Positions 24,170 through 33,607 of a stretch of 37,996 nucleotides of DNA are shown here, one piece after another. Position 1 is the stretch's first letter; each line of letters opens with the position of its first letter. Both the position numbers and the translations under genes were made by a program. This stretch comes from Chloroflexota bacterium (GTDB taxonomy: Bacteria; Cyanobacteriota; Vampirovibrionia; Obscuribacterales; Obscuribacteraceae), in the NCBI GenBank assembly GCA_005240105.1, contig SBAT01000262.1:1-37996 (forward strand), in the 5' to 3' direction. The notes beneath the pieces were generated by a model. It saw only the letters and a program-made list of their open reading frames with translations. It was not told where the DNA came from and made no database searches.

Positions 24170-26044
24170 ATGAAGAAACGCCTATTGCTGGCAGCCAGTT
24201 TGTCTTTAGTAAGTGGATTGCTTTTCAACGCAACCACCGGGCAAGCCGTTGCATTAACGCAGAGCCAGAGCCCCAATATCCTTAAAGGTCGTATTCAAAC
24301 GGATATTAAGGCAGCCGATGATCTCATGCTTAAAGGTAAGTACGCAGAAGCTGCTGACCTCTACAACCAAGCAATAAACCAGGACTCAAAGAACGTGCAA
24401 GCCATCGTTGGCTACGGCACAGCTTTGGGCAAGCAGTTTAAGCTAGATGCAGCAGATGCTCAGTTGGACAAAGCTATTCAGCTTGATCCAAACAATGCTG
24501 CTGCTCACAGCGCAAAGGCGATGGTTCTCCTGAACCGTTTGCAATCATCGAATAACACGATCATCAAAAATCGTGATTCGATTTTGCAACAAGCATTGCA
24601 AGAGTGCACCCAGGCAATCCAAATTGACTCCAAGTCACCGGAAGCTCAATACAATTTGGGCATGGTGCTCAAAGAGCAGGGACAGTTGAATGATGCTGCT
24701 TCCGCATTCCGTGCAGCTATCAAAATTGATGGCAACTTCTCTGATGCCTACACTGGTTTGGGTCTCTGCAAGCTGTCGCAAGAATCTTTGGCGGAAGCCC
24801 AAGATGCTTTCAAGCATGCAATTCAAATCAATTCCGGCAACTCCACTGCTCATTATGGCTTAGGCAAGACCTATGTAAAAATGGGACAGTATGATGCCGC
24901 TATTAAGGAATTGAACACTTCGCTGTATCAATATCCGAACAGCGGTCCATCCCGCCTGGCCATGGGTGAAGCATACGAAGGACAAGGCAATACCGTTGCT
25001 GCTATTAAGGAATACCAGCAGTCGATAAGCATTAAGCCGGAAAATACTTCCGCTTACTTGCACATTGCCGACATCCGTGAAGGACGCGGCGACATTGAAA
25101 TGTCCATTGCTGAACTGCGTTCGGCTTTGGAATTGATGCCCACAAATCCTGAATTGCGTCAGCGCATAGGTGATGAGTGCTTGCAGTTGGATAAACTGGA
25201 TCAAGCAATCAAAGAGTACCAGACCATTCTGTCCACGACGCCAAACAGCGTTGCCGCAGCTCAAGGTCTGACTCGTGCTTATTACCTGAAAGCACAAAAG
25301 GATTCAGCCGGTGCTTTCTTGTCGTCTAACGACTACGAGCAAGCCGACCAGATGATCCAGCAAGCGATTAACTTGAACCCAAACAATATGGAATTGCGTT
25401 TGGCTCAAGCTAAGATGCGTTCGTTGTCCGGTAAGCCAATAGACTTAAATGCCATTGGCACACCAACAAATGATGGCGAAAGAATTGCTTACGCTGAAGC
25501 ATTGCTGGCCCAGAACAAATTTGTTGAAGCTGATAACCAAATGAACATGGTTATTTCTAAGGCAAATGATCCTAAGCAAGTGTTCGCCATAGGCGATCTG
25601 GCTTTGATGATTAAAGACCTGAACGCTGCTGAAGCTGCCTACAATAAGGCTTCAACAATGCCAGGATCTGCTGAGCGCGCTAAGCGTGGTTTGGCTCTTT
25701 GTGCCAAGGCTCGCGAACAAGCCAAGGAAGACTTGAACATGGCCCAAGACCTGTCCATGAAAAAGCAATTGGCTAGCTCGATCGATAAGTATCATGCTGC
25801 TATCTACGATGATCCGAAGGTATGGCAAGCACGTATCGGTCTAGCAAAGACTTTGGAAAGACAGCGTCCGCTGGTATCCAAAGATCTGCGCGAAGCAATT
25901 GTTCAGTACAAGGCCTACATGGCGCTGGACACCAACTTGCCTGAAAAGGAACGAGCAAAACTCGACAAGCACATTCAGCAGCTTGATGAGAAAGCCTACA
26001 AGTTGGAAATGAAGGCCCAAGCACAAGGCAGAAGCCAGGGCTAA
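24170..26044 (+). CDS. Secreted tetratricopeptide-repeat (TPR) protein
   Basis: 624 aa. A strong SD (AGGAGG) lies 9 nt upstream. The signal peptide is MKKRLLLAASLSLVSGLLFNATTGQAVA. More than 10 TPR-like units show the A..Y..A....P....A pattern throughout. Confidence 0.85.
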   Translation: MKKRLLLAASLSLVSGLLFNATTGQAVALTQSQSPNILKGRIQTDIKAADDLMLKGKYAEAADLYNQAINQDSKNVQAIVGYGTALGKQFKLDAADAQLDKAIQLDPNNAAAHSAKAMVLLNRLQSSNNTIIKNRDSILQQALQECTQAIQIDSKSPEAQYNLGMVLKEQGQLNDAASAFRAAIKIDGNFSDAYTGLGLCKLSQESLAEAQDAFKHAIQINSGNSTAHYGLGKTYVKMGQYDAAIKELNTSLYQYPNSGPSRLAMGEAYEGQGNTVAAIKEYQQSISIKPENTSAYLHIADIREGRGDIEMSIAELRSALELMPTNPELRQRIGDECLQLDKLDQAIKEYQTILSTTPNSVAAAQGLTRAYYLKAQKDSAGAFLSSNDYEQADQMIQQAINLNPNNMELRLAQAKMRSLSGKPIDLNAIGTPTNDGERIAYAEALLAQNKFVEADNQMNMVISKANDPKQVFAIGDLALMIKDLNAAEAAYNKASTMPGSAERAKRGLALCAKAREQAKEDLNMAQDLSMKKQLASSIDKYHAAIYDDPKVWQARIGLAKTLERQRPLVSKDLREAIVQYKAYMALDTNLPEKERAKLDKHIQQLDEKAYKLEMKAQAQGRSQG

Positions 26045-26065
26045 GCTCGGCCAACGCTAAATAAG

Positions 26066-26094
26066 AAGAGGGCAGGTCCAAGACCTGCCCTCTT
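26066..26094. terminator. Bidirectional intrinsic terminator between the convergent TPR and GGDEF genes
   Basis: A perfect 13-bp stem pairs aagagggcaggtc (26066-26078) with gacctgccctctt (26082-26094), closing a 3-nt loop. T-rich tracts follow on both strands (ttgttt on one, cttattt on the other). Confidence 0.8.
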
Positions 26095-26097
26095 TGT

Positions 26098-26793
26098 TTA
26101 AACCGTACAAGCCCTATCGCCGCCGCGTTGGACTGCTAGTTCCAGTGCTTGCACCGAGCGGGCGATTAATTCGTCGTGCTCGCGAGCGTGCGTTGGGAAA
26201 GATGCCAAACCTATCGAAGCTGTCACTTTGAGATTGTGCCAGTTGTGTGTAATGGCTTGGGTGCCGATGCGCTGTCTAAGTCTTTCTGCCACCACGGAAG
26301 CACCGGATGTGTTGGTCTCCGGGAAAATAATGGCAAATTCTTCTGCGCTGTAACGTGCTGGAATGTCCACGTCACGAATACTTGTGCGCAAGACGTTGGC
26401 CACGACTTTGAGCACCGCATCGCCTGTGAGCGCTCCGTATTGACGTTGAATTTCCTTGAAGCCGTCGATGGAGATCATGGCTAAAGATACTGGGCGCTTA
26501 TAACGCTTGCCGCGCTTAATCTCGTCTTTCAACTCCTTTAAAAACGTCCTGGAGTTATAGAGTTCTGTTAGTGAATCCAATAGAGCCAGACGCTCTAAAT
26601 CCTCGGTTTTTGCGGAGGTCAAAGTAGCCTGCGTGCTCGACAGCAGACTGCGTTGCTCCAGCTCTTTTACCCGTTCCATAACCTGACTGTCGACAGCTTG
26701 GCGTTGTACGTTCGGCTTAGTGCGTTGCGGGGACTCTAATACCCGGCAGAACATGCAATTTTGGCTGCAAATGTGGTCTTTCATTCCTACCAT
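26098..26793 (-). CDS. GGDEF-domain protein with a degenerate active site (SAEEF) and a retained RxxD I-site
   Basis: 231 aa. The N-terminus has a Cys cluster (HICSQNCMFC) and a coiled coil. The GGDEF fold is recognisable (DSLTELYNSRTF...ISIDGFKEIQRQYGALTGDAVL...RDVDIPARYSAEEFAIIFPET...VTASIGLAS). The SAEEF codons are at 26335-26349 and the RDVD codons at 26365-26376. Confidence 0.85.
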   Translation of the reverse strand: MVGMKDHICSQNCMFCRVLESPQRTKPNVQRQAVDSQVMERVKELEQRSLLSSTQATLTSAKTEDLERLALLDSLTELYNSRTFLKELKDEIKRGKRYKRPVSLAMISIDGFKEIQRQYGALTGDAVLKVVANVLRTSIRDVDIPARYSAEEFAIIFPETNTSGASVVAERLRQRIGTQAITHNWHNLKVTASIGLASFPTHAREHDELIARSVQALELAVQRGGDRACTV

Positions 26794-26921
26794 GACTGTT
26801 ACCTGATTGATGTGTACTTGTTTGCTGGGACTGTCCTAAAGGTGCTCAGGGCCTTTGTTCCCTGGCTAGCATTTGGCCAAACCCGATGAGACTAGTATAA
26901 ATGAAATATTTTAAATTGGGC

Positions 26922-28274
26922 TCAAACCGGCACCTGTGGGGCTATTGCCGTCACCTTGTGGTTGGAGACGATCGGTCTGCCGCCCACAAAAACGTCGATG
27001 GCGGAGGTGTCTCCGTAGAGCAATACGTCATAAGGTGAACAATCCTGCCGATAATTGCTGTCAATTGCAAAAACGGCAATATCTGCTTCTTTGCCGGTAG
27101 TTAGCGTGCCGACCTTATCGGACAGCCCGACAGCTTGGGCGGCGACAATAGTTAGTGCTTCTAAGGCGTCCTTGGCGGTCAAGGAAAAGTCCGGATTGAC
27201 AGCACGATGTAGGTTCCAAGCAAAGCGTGCTTCATTTAAGACGTTCAAATCGTCTACCGAAGCTGAGCTATCTGTCCCCAATCCCACATGCAAGCCGGAT
27301 TCCACCAAATTTAAAAATCGAGCTACGCCATTTCTCAAACGACTGTTGCTGCGTGGGCAATGAGCAATAGAAACCTGAGCTTTTTTCAATAGTTCGATGT
27401 CTTTGTCACTCAAGTGAACAGCATGAGCTGCCAGAGTATTGCGGCTCAACAAGCCCAAACTATCTAGATGTTCAACAGGAGACATGCCCTTGCCTCGCCA
27501 ACTGTAATTGCTATTAGCACCAGTGACCGACATATTGGTGAGAAAAGCGTCAAGCTCGGCATTACCTGTGTGGATCCACTCACATTCTTGTTGGGATTCG
27601 GCAATATGAACCAAGACTGGTAGTCCCTGGGCATCAGCCCAGTTTTTTGCTAATTGCCAGAGCGAAGGACAAACAGTATAAGGCGTGTGTGGTGCCACTG
27701 TCATTGTAATGAAACCGGCATCAATAGCTGATTTCAGCTCATTGGAAGCAACGGTCATGAAATTGTGGTACTTCTGCAACCATGATTGCCACACCTGTTG
27801 AGACGTTGCTTCCTCAATGCCGAAAACTTCCAGTCCGACAATTGCCCTCAGTCCGACTTGCGAGGCAGCATTCGCTGCTTGTCCAGTGAAAGAAGAATCA
27901 ACAATCAGGGTTGTGCCGGATTGGGCAATAGCGCGAGCGCCGTTTAGAGCCGACTGTTGCCACTGGCCTTCGCCCCATTTCCAGGCGTTGGCCATCAGGT
28001 TGCTTATCCAGTTGAAAAAACTGGATTGGGTATCGAACAAGGCAAGGTCTGAGTAATCCAGGTGGGTATGCAGGTTGATTAAACCAGGAGTAATAATTGC
28101 CTGACCGTAATCTTTATTTAGCACTCCACCGGTGGACTGGAATTGCTCCTGGGTAAGTACAGCAGCTACCTGTCGGCCCGCAATGACGACAACACCGTGC
28201 TCAATTGGTGGACCATCGATAGGTAGAACCCAGCGGGCAGTCAGCGCTATGGAATTGTTTTTGTCGTCTGGCAT
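26922..28274 (-). CDS. Amidohydrolase-superfamily nucleobase/nucleoside deaminase-like enzyme (MtaD/SsnA/chlorohydrolase group)
   Basis: 450 aa. The metal ligands follow the canonical pattern: GLINLHTHLDYS (HxH), ...VHIAES..., ...AHAVHL... and ...GLGTDS.... Substrate cannot be assigned by eye. Confidence 0.8.
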   Translation of the reverse strand: MPDDKNNSIALTARWVLPIDGPPIEHGVVVIAGRQVAAVLTQEQFQSTGGVLNKDYGQAIITPGLINLHTHLDYSDLALFDTQSSFFNWISNLMANAWKWGEGQWQQSALNGARAIAQSGTTLIVDSSFTGQAANAASQVGLRAIVGLEVFGIEEATSQQVWQSWLQKYHNFMTVASNELKSAIDAGFITMTVAPHTPYTVCPSLWQLAKNWADAQGLPVLVHIAESQQECEWIHTGNAELDAFLTNMSVTGANSNYSWRGKGMSPVEHLDSLGLLSRNTLAAHAVHLSDKDIELLKKAQVSIAHCPRSNSRLRNGVARFLNLVESGLHVGLGTDSSASVDDLNVLNEARFAWNLHRAVNPDFSLTAKDALEALTIVAAQAVGLSDKVGTLTTGKEADIAVFAIDSNYRQDCSPYDVLLYGDTSAIDVFVGGRPIVSNHKVTAIAPQVPV

Positions 28275-28304
28275 AAGGTAAATGGTAAAGCAGTTACGGT
28301 TATT

Positions 28305-28844
28305 TTGTGCTATCTTGGCAGGGTGAAAATAAGCATAGACGAGCTAAAAGCTCAGCCACAACACATTGACTTCAAAGAGACTATTGAAGGGCTGGAGGCA
28401 GTCAAGCCTGTCTTGGGCGAAATAACTCTTAGCCATTCCAGCTACGGCGTAAAAGTAGTTGGCCGTGTTCAAACTTTACTTAAGCTGAACTGCGACCGCT
28501 GTTTGCGACCATATTTCCAGAGTCTTGGCGTGGACATTGACGAGAGCCTGGTTTATCCGCCGGAAAATGAGATCCAACGTGATCGCGAACTCTTGAAGCG
28601 CGATTTTGTCGAATTGTTACCGGAAGATGGTCTGATAGATGTGACCGACTTAGTTTATCAAGCGATCACTTTAGCTACCCCTAACATTGCCTCTTGTGGC
28701 TCAGAATGCCCAGGATTGCCTGCTGGAGCCACTGGAGCAAGCGGGAAAACATTAGCCGGAGATAAGAATCGGCAAGATTTAATTGATCCAAGGTGGCAGA
28801 ACTTAAAGACTATCTTTTCAAACGATGAAAAAGACAAGAACTAA
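28305..28844 (+). CDS. yceD: YceD/DUF177 family protein (large-subunit rRNA accumulation protein)
   Basis: It holds the conserved position immediately upstream of rpmF-plsX. It contains the Cys pairs CDRCLRPY and ...CGSECPGL.... The start is uncertain (TTG at 28305 or GTG at 28323). Confidence 0.8.
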   Translation: MCYLGRVKISIDELKAQPQHIDFKETIEGLEAVKPVLGEITLSHSSYGVKVVGRVQTLLKLNCDRCLRPYFQSLGVDIDESLVYPPENEIQRDRELLKRDFVELLPEDGLIDVTDLVYQAITLATPNIASCGSECPGLPAGATGASGKTLAGDKNRQDLIDPRWQNLKTIFSNDEKDKN

Positions 28845-28881
28845 TAGATAATATGTGATCCGTTGCAACGGAGATAAGCCA

Positions 28882-29076
28882 ATGGCACAACCAAAGAAGA
28901 AAACATCACATCAAAAACAGCACTCCCGCCGCTCCAAGGTGTGGAAGGCTGTTGCTCAAACCATCGTCTCTTGCCCGAACTGTGCACAGCCAACGCGCCG
29001 TCACCAAGTTTGCGTAGAGTGTGGATACTACAGAGGACGTCCAGCGCGTCGCGCCGAATCAGTAGTCACAGAGTAA
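28882..29076 (+). CDS. rpmF: 50S ribosomal protein L32 (Zn-ribbon form)
   Basis: The N-terminus is MAQPKKKTSHQKQHSRRS and GGAG lies 8 nt upstream of ATG 28882. The zinc ribbon is CPNC...CVEC. Confidence 0.93.
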   Translation: MAQPKKKTSHQKQHSRRSKVWKAVAQTIVSCPNCAQPTRRHQVCVECGYYRGRPARRAESVVTE

Positions 29077-29100
29077 AACAATCCGGGTAAGGCGTAACAA

Positions 29101-30138
29101 GTGCAGCCCAACCGTAAAAAACAAATACGCATTGCAGTCGACGCCATGGGCGGCGACTTTGCTCCACGCGAGGTGGTTCACGGCTCAGTTCTGGCAGCCC
29201 GTGAATACGGCATTGGTATTCAGCTAGTCGGACCTCCCGAGGCTATTGCCCGCGAACTTAATCGTCACGATAAGCAGGGGCTGGACATAACCATTGTTGC
29301 AGCGTCTGAAGTTGTGGCTATGGACGAGAAGCCGAGCCGGGCCATAGTCAGAAAGAAAGACTCATCAATTGTTGTTGCCACCCGCCAAGTGCACGAAGGA
29401 CTGGCCGACGGTGTTGTAGCTGCCGGCTCCACCGGTGCAGCTGCTGTTGCTGCTCAAATGGGACTAGGGCGCATTGCCAATGTCGATCGCTCGGCGATTG
29501 CTTGCCTGATGCCTACAATTACAGATCGTTACGCCATTTGCCTCGACATGGGTGCCAATGTTGAGTGCGATGCAAATCAGCTTTTGCAATTTGCCCTAAT
29601 GGGCTCAATTCTTTGCAAAGGACTAATGAATGTTGCTGAGCCACGCGTCGGCATCTTGAACATTGGAGCTGAAGAGACTAAGGGCAATGACCTGGTCAAA
29701 GGAGCATATAAGCTTTGCAAAGAAAACAAAGAACTTAACTTCATCGGCTTTACCGAAGGGCGTGACTTCCCAATGGGCAAAGTCGACGTAGTTGTAACTG
29801 ATGGGTTTACCGGCAACGTCGCCCTGAAGACAGCTGAGGGTATCGCCAACATGGTTACCCATATGCTGAGACAAGAACTTCTAAGCGATTGGCGCGGAAA
29901 AATTGGTGCGGCCATTGCTAAGCCCAGCTTCCAGGCGCTCAAGAGACGTATTGATTACAATGAATTTGGAGGCGCACTTCTTGTTGGAGTTAAAGGAGTT
30001 TGCGTTATTGCCCATGGCGGCTCCAAGCACAGAGCTATTAAGAATGCCATTCGCACCGCTAAGGACATGGTCAATGCCGACATCGTCAAACAAATCGAGT
30101 TGACATTCGGCAAAGTGGCGGCAGGGAGTAAGAAGTGA
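29101..30138 (+). CDS. plsX: Phosphate acyltransferase PlsX
   Basis: 345 aa with a GTG start. It contains IAVDAMGGDFAP, ...VTDGFTGNVALKT... and ...GALLLGV-like segments. Confidence 0.93.
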   Translation: MQPNRKKQIRIAVDAMGGDFAPREVVHGSVLAAREYGIGIQLVGPPEAIARELNRHDKQGLDITIVAASEVVAMDEKPSRAIVRKKDSSIVVATRQVHEGLADGVVAAGSTGAAAVAAQMGLGRIANVDRSAIACLMPTITDRYAICLDMGANVECDANQLLQFALMGSILCKGLMNVAEPRVGILNIGAEETKGNDLVKGAYKLCKENKELNFIGFTEGRDFPMGKVDVVVTDGFTGNVALKTAEGIANMVTHMLRQELLSDWRGKIGAAIAKPSFQALKRRIDYNEFGGALLVGVKGVCVIAHGGSKHRAIKNAIRTAKDMVNADIVKQIELTFGKVAAGSKK

Positions 30139-31145
30139 ACTTGTCCATCGGAGCCAGGCTAATCGGGGTCGGTGCATGCGTCCCTGATTCAGTGGTGACC
30201 AATACGGATTTGGAGAAGCTTGTCGATACATCCGACGAGTGGATCCGTACACGAACAGGAATTCGCGAGCGGCGAGTGGTTAAGGACAATGAAACTGCTT
30301 CCGGCTTGGCTATTGGTGCCGCTAAAGATGCAATTGCTTTTGCTGGTATTGATCCGGCAATTATTGATCTAATAGTTGTAGCTACCTCTACGCCGGACAA
30401 CCTCTATCCCTCAACGGCATGTTTGGTGCAGGCCGACATTGGCGCAACGCGAGCGGCAGCTTTCGACTTAGAAGCTGCTTGCACTGGAATAATTTACGCA
30501 TTGGCCGTTGGTCAACAATTTATTGGCTCCGGCACATTCAAGACAGTCCTTGTAATTGGTGTTGATATTCACTCACGCTTCTTGGATTGGGAAGACCGCA
30601 ACACTTGCGTATTGTTTGGCGATGGCGCCGGTGCATTTATCATGCAAGCGTCTGAGGAAAACGAAATACTCAGTACATATTTAAGAGCAGATGGAACCGG
30701 TGGTCACCTGTTATGCATACCAAATTCCAACGTAGCTTTTCCGCATGCCGGCACAACGCCGCCAAAAGCAATCAGCCGTTTCCTTAGTATGAACGGACGC
30801 GTTGTTTACGAATTTGCTATTAAAGCTGTACCGGAGGCTATCGAGGCTGCTTGTGCTCGAGCAGGCATTCAAGTCAGAGACATTGATTTCTTGGTCCCCC
30901 ACCAGGCAAACCAACGGATCATCAAAGCTGCAGCCGAGCGCTTAGGTTTTCCACCGGAGCAGATAGTCACTAATATAGATCAGTATGGCAACACATCTGC
31001 GGCATCCATTCCGCTGGCATTTTCCGATGCCGTTAAGCGCGGACAAATAAAAGGTCCTGTTACCTGTGCATTGGTCGGCTTCGGCGGCGGGCTAACCTGG
31101 GGCTCGGCTATCCTAAAATGGACAGCCAAAGACAGCCGGACATAA
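30135..31145 (+). CDS. fabH: 3-oxoacyl-ACP synthase III
   Basis: 336 aa. The GTG overlaps the plsX TGA (GTGA). The catalytic residues are in place: Cys in AFDLEAACTG, His in VPHQANQRI and Asn in GNTSAASIP. Confidence 0.93.
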   Translation: MNLSIGARLIGVGACVPDSVVTNTDLEKLVDTSDEWIRTRTGIRERRVVKDNETASGLAIGAAKDAIAFAGIDPAIIDLIVVATSTPDNLYPSTACLVQADIGATRAAAFDLEAACTGIIYALAVGQQFIGSGTFKTVLVIGVDIHSRFLDWEDRNTCVLFGDGAGAFIMQASEENEILSTYLRADGTGGHLLCIPNSNVAFPHAGTTPPKAISRFLSMNGRVVYEFAIKAVPEAIEAACARAGIQVRDIDFLVPHQANQRIIKAAAERLGFPPEQIVTNIDQYGNTSAASIPLAFSDAVKRGQIKGPVTCALVGFGGGLTWGSAILKWTAKDSRT

Positions 31146-31154
31146 CGGCTCTTT

Positions 31155-31196
31155 GTCATTTCGAGCGAAGGTGCGAAGCGCCGAAGTCGAGAAATC
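31155..31196. repeat. Structured CGAAG-repeat intergenic element in the fabH-fabD spacer
   Basis: The sequence is gtcatttcgagCGAAGgtgCGAAGcgcCGAAGtcgagaaatc. It is bracketed by atttc...gaaat and tcga...tcga, with an inner hairpin ggtgc-gaa-gcgcc (31170-31182). The decamer AGCGAAGGTG recurs on the minus strand at 33525-33534, in another intergenic region. Confidence 0.35.
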
Positions 31197-31253
31197 TACC
31201 GCAAGTCCTAGAAGTCCAAGTAAATAAACAACGTCCAACTAACGGAGTACTCC

Positions 31254-32210
31254 ATGAAAATCGCCTGTTTATTCCCCGGACAAGGTTCCCAATCCGTCGG
31301 CATGGGCAAAGATCTTTCCGACAACTTTGCAGAAGCTCGCAAGACTTTCGAAGCTGTAGATAAAGTAGCAGGACGTAGTTTGAGCAAGCTGTGCTTTGAA
31401 GGTCCGGAAGAGGAATTAAAGCGCACGATCAATACACAGCCGACAATATTGGCTGCCTCTCTAGCTGCCTGGCAATGTTACAAGGCTGCTGGTGGTCCAA
31501 CGCCGCAGTATGTCGCCGGTCACAGCTTGGGCGAATTCACTGCCCTTGTTGCCTGCGAAGCCCTTTCTTTAGAAGAAGCTGTACGCCTTGTCGATAAGCG
31601 ATCGCAATTGATGGAGAGCTGTCCCAAAGGAGCAATGTCCGCTGTTCTAGGAATGGACAAGGATGTTTTGCAGCAATGCTGTGATGAAGCCAGCAAAGAA
31701 AGCAAGTCAGCAAATGCAGATGCAACGGTAATCATCGCTAACTACAACACTCGTGAACAACTGGTTATCTCCGGTAGTCCGGATGCTGTAGCCAAAGCCG
31801 GCGAACTGGCTAAAGCTAGGGGCGGCAAAGTAATCCCTCTTCCAGTGGGTGGTGCTTTCCACTCACCTTTGATGTCGTCTGCTGCATCTGTATTTGAGCA
31901 AGAAATAAAACAGTGTCGAATTAGCCATGCCAAGTTTGCCATTGTGCAAAATGTTGATGCTAAAGCTTCGTTGGATGAAGCTGCGATTCAAGAGAAACTC
32001 TCCAAGCAAATGCCTAGTGCTGTGCGCTGGTGTGACACTGTCGAGCTTATGCTTTCCCAAGGTGTTGATACATTTGTAGAAATTGGCCCGGGTAAGGTAT
32101 TAGCCGGCACAGTGAAGAAAATCGATCGCCAGGCAAATATTTTCAATGTCTATGACAAGTCGACATTGGAAGCTGCCATTGCTGCATTGAAAGCTAAAGT
32201 AGCAGTTTAA
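31254..32210 (+). CDS. fabD: Malonyl-CoA:ACP transacylase
   Basis: 318 aa with FPGQGSQ, the active-site motif GHSLGEF and ...GAFHSPLM.... Confidence 0.93.
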   Translation: MKIACLFPGQGSQSVGMGKDLSDNFAEARKTFEAVDKVAGRSLSKLCFEGPEEELKRTINTQPTILAASLAAWQCYKAAGGPTPQYVAGHSLGEFTALVACEALSLEEAVRLVDKRSQLMESCPKGAMSAVLGMDKDVLQQCCDEASKESKSANADATVIIANYNTREQLVISGSPDAVAKAGELAKARGGKVIPLPVGGAFHSPLMSSAASVFEQEIKQCRISHAKFAIVQNVDAKASLDEAAIQEKLSKQMPSAVRWCDTVELMLSQGVDTFVEIGPGKVLAGTVKKIDRQANIFNVYDKSTLEAAIAALKAKVAV

Positions 32211-32223
32211 ATTAACGCGGTTG

Positions 32224-33447
32224 TTACGGACTTAAGAATTCTTCGGTTATCTGGCGCATGAAGATATCGCGCTTAGCTAGCTCATCGAAAAATGGTTGAA
32301 TGGGCACACAAAGCTCTGGTGCCAATACGCCACGTTGTTTGATGTCGCCACGAGCCAGCATATGGGCAACTATCGATGGAGGCACCCCGGTATCCAGAGC
32401 CCCGCAGGACACTTTCCATTCTTTGTGGGCTAATACAGTTGTTTCCATGCGTACTAGTTTTTTGTTGCCTGCTTTCTTGCCGACAATGTCCACTCGCACA
32501 ACTTCGCTATCGTTAGGATCTTCTGTTGGGGTCTCAATCCTGCCAATTAGATGAGCGAGAACTTTGCGCGGGTTGGCATTGCCTAATTCAGGTGGTAGAG
32601 CGTCCGTTCTGCCAAAACCCAAGTCGACGAGGAACTTCAATGCTTTGTGCAGTTCTTCCGGCAGTCCCAAGCGGAAGGTTACTTTCCTTATGCCTTTGCT
32701 TTTGTAGCTTAACGGTAGCGTTGCTACTTCTGAATGTAGTGTCAGGATGGCTGCGCATTTACCCACCGGATGAGGTAGATCAAGAGCAATTTCGCCTGAC
32801 ATAGGTCTGCGAGCTTCAAATTTCCCATCCTCAAAAACCATTGGTTCAAGAGTGTACTCGTCCAGCAAAGTATCCAGTGCATAAGGTGGCAGTAACGGAT
32901 GTGCTGTTTTGATGAATTCGATACAGCCAACCGCAATATCAATTGATTCGACAGTGTCCAATTGTTCAGCACCGGCAGCAGCCATGATGTTTGTCATGCC
33001 CGGGGCTGCCCCCATGCCCAGTATTGCCAGTAAGCCTTTTTGCAGAAATCTTTCGTGCAGTTCCAATTGCTTGCGCGTTGTGTGGAAGAGACCGCCTAGA
33101 TCAATATAGTGGCAGCCGGCTTCCAGCGCTGCCTCCATAACAGCGACGTTGAATATATAAGGACCGGAGTTGATCACAATCTGTGCCCCTTGAAGAACAC
33201 TGACCAACTGCGATTTGTTGGTAATATCGGCAAAGGCTGCTGTGAGCTTGTTCTGTCCTGCGCTTTTGCCGCCACCACCGACAGTAACTAAAGCCAGACC
33301 TTTGCGGCTGAAATCTTGAACCATTGCTTCAGCCTTACTTATATTGAAATCGGCAATGGTAATTTCTTTTTCGTGACCAAATTCCAATAGGTCACGGACA
33401 ATCACTTGACCCATAGCGCCAGCGCCGCCGAGCACGACAATCTTCAT
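32224..33447 (-). CDS. Saccharopine dehydrogenase-family NAD(P)-binding oxidoreductase
   Basis: The start is set at ATG 33445-33447, after AAGGAA. The Rossmann N-terminus is MKIVVLGGAGAMGQVIV, and a Sacchrp_dh-like C-terminal domain follows. The 41-codon upstream ORF extension is G/R-rich and looks non-coding. Confidence 0.8.
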   Translation of the reverse strand: MKIVVLGGAGAMGQVIVRDLLEFGHEKEITIADFNISKAEAMVQDFSRKGLALVTVGGGGKSAGQNKLTAAFADITNKSQLVSVLQGAQIVINSGPYIFNVAVMEAALEAGCHYIDLGGLFHTTRKQLELHERFLQKGLLAILGMGAAPGMTNIMAAAGAEQLDTVESIDIAVGCIEFIKTAHPLLPPYALDTLLDEYTLEPMVFEDGKFEARRPMSGEIALDLPHPVGKCAAILTLHSEVATLPLSYKSKGIRKVTFRLGLPEELHKALKFLVDLGFGRTDALPPELGNANPRKVLAHLIGRIETPTEDPNDSEVVRVDIVGKKAGNKKLVRMETTVLAHKEWKVSCGALDTGVPPSIVAHMLARGDIKQRGVLAPELCVPIQPFFDELAKRDIFMRQITEEFLSP

Positions 33448-33607
33448 CCTGGGTTCCTTTACCACGGGTTCTTTAGCCCTTAGTTTAGCACCGGATTTAA
33501 CGCTCCGGTTCCGGCAGCCGCCTCCACCTTCGCTTGTTATCCAGCAATCGTTAGACGCTATGCTGCGCACGGCTCCTCGCCGCGCTTGCTTCGCTTTCAG
33601 TTACCAT

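Noticed and set aside
24860-25297. 145-aa minus-strand ORF inside the TPR gene
   Set aside because: It is antisense to a gene with a strong SD, a signal peptide and regular TPR periodicity, and it has no recognisable features of its own.
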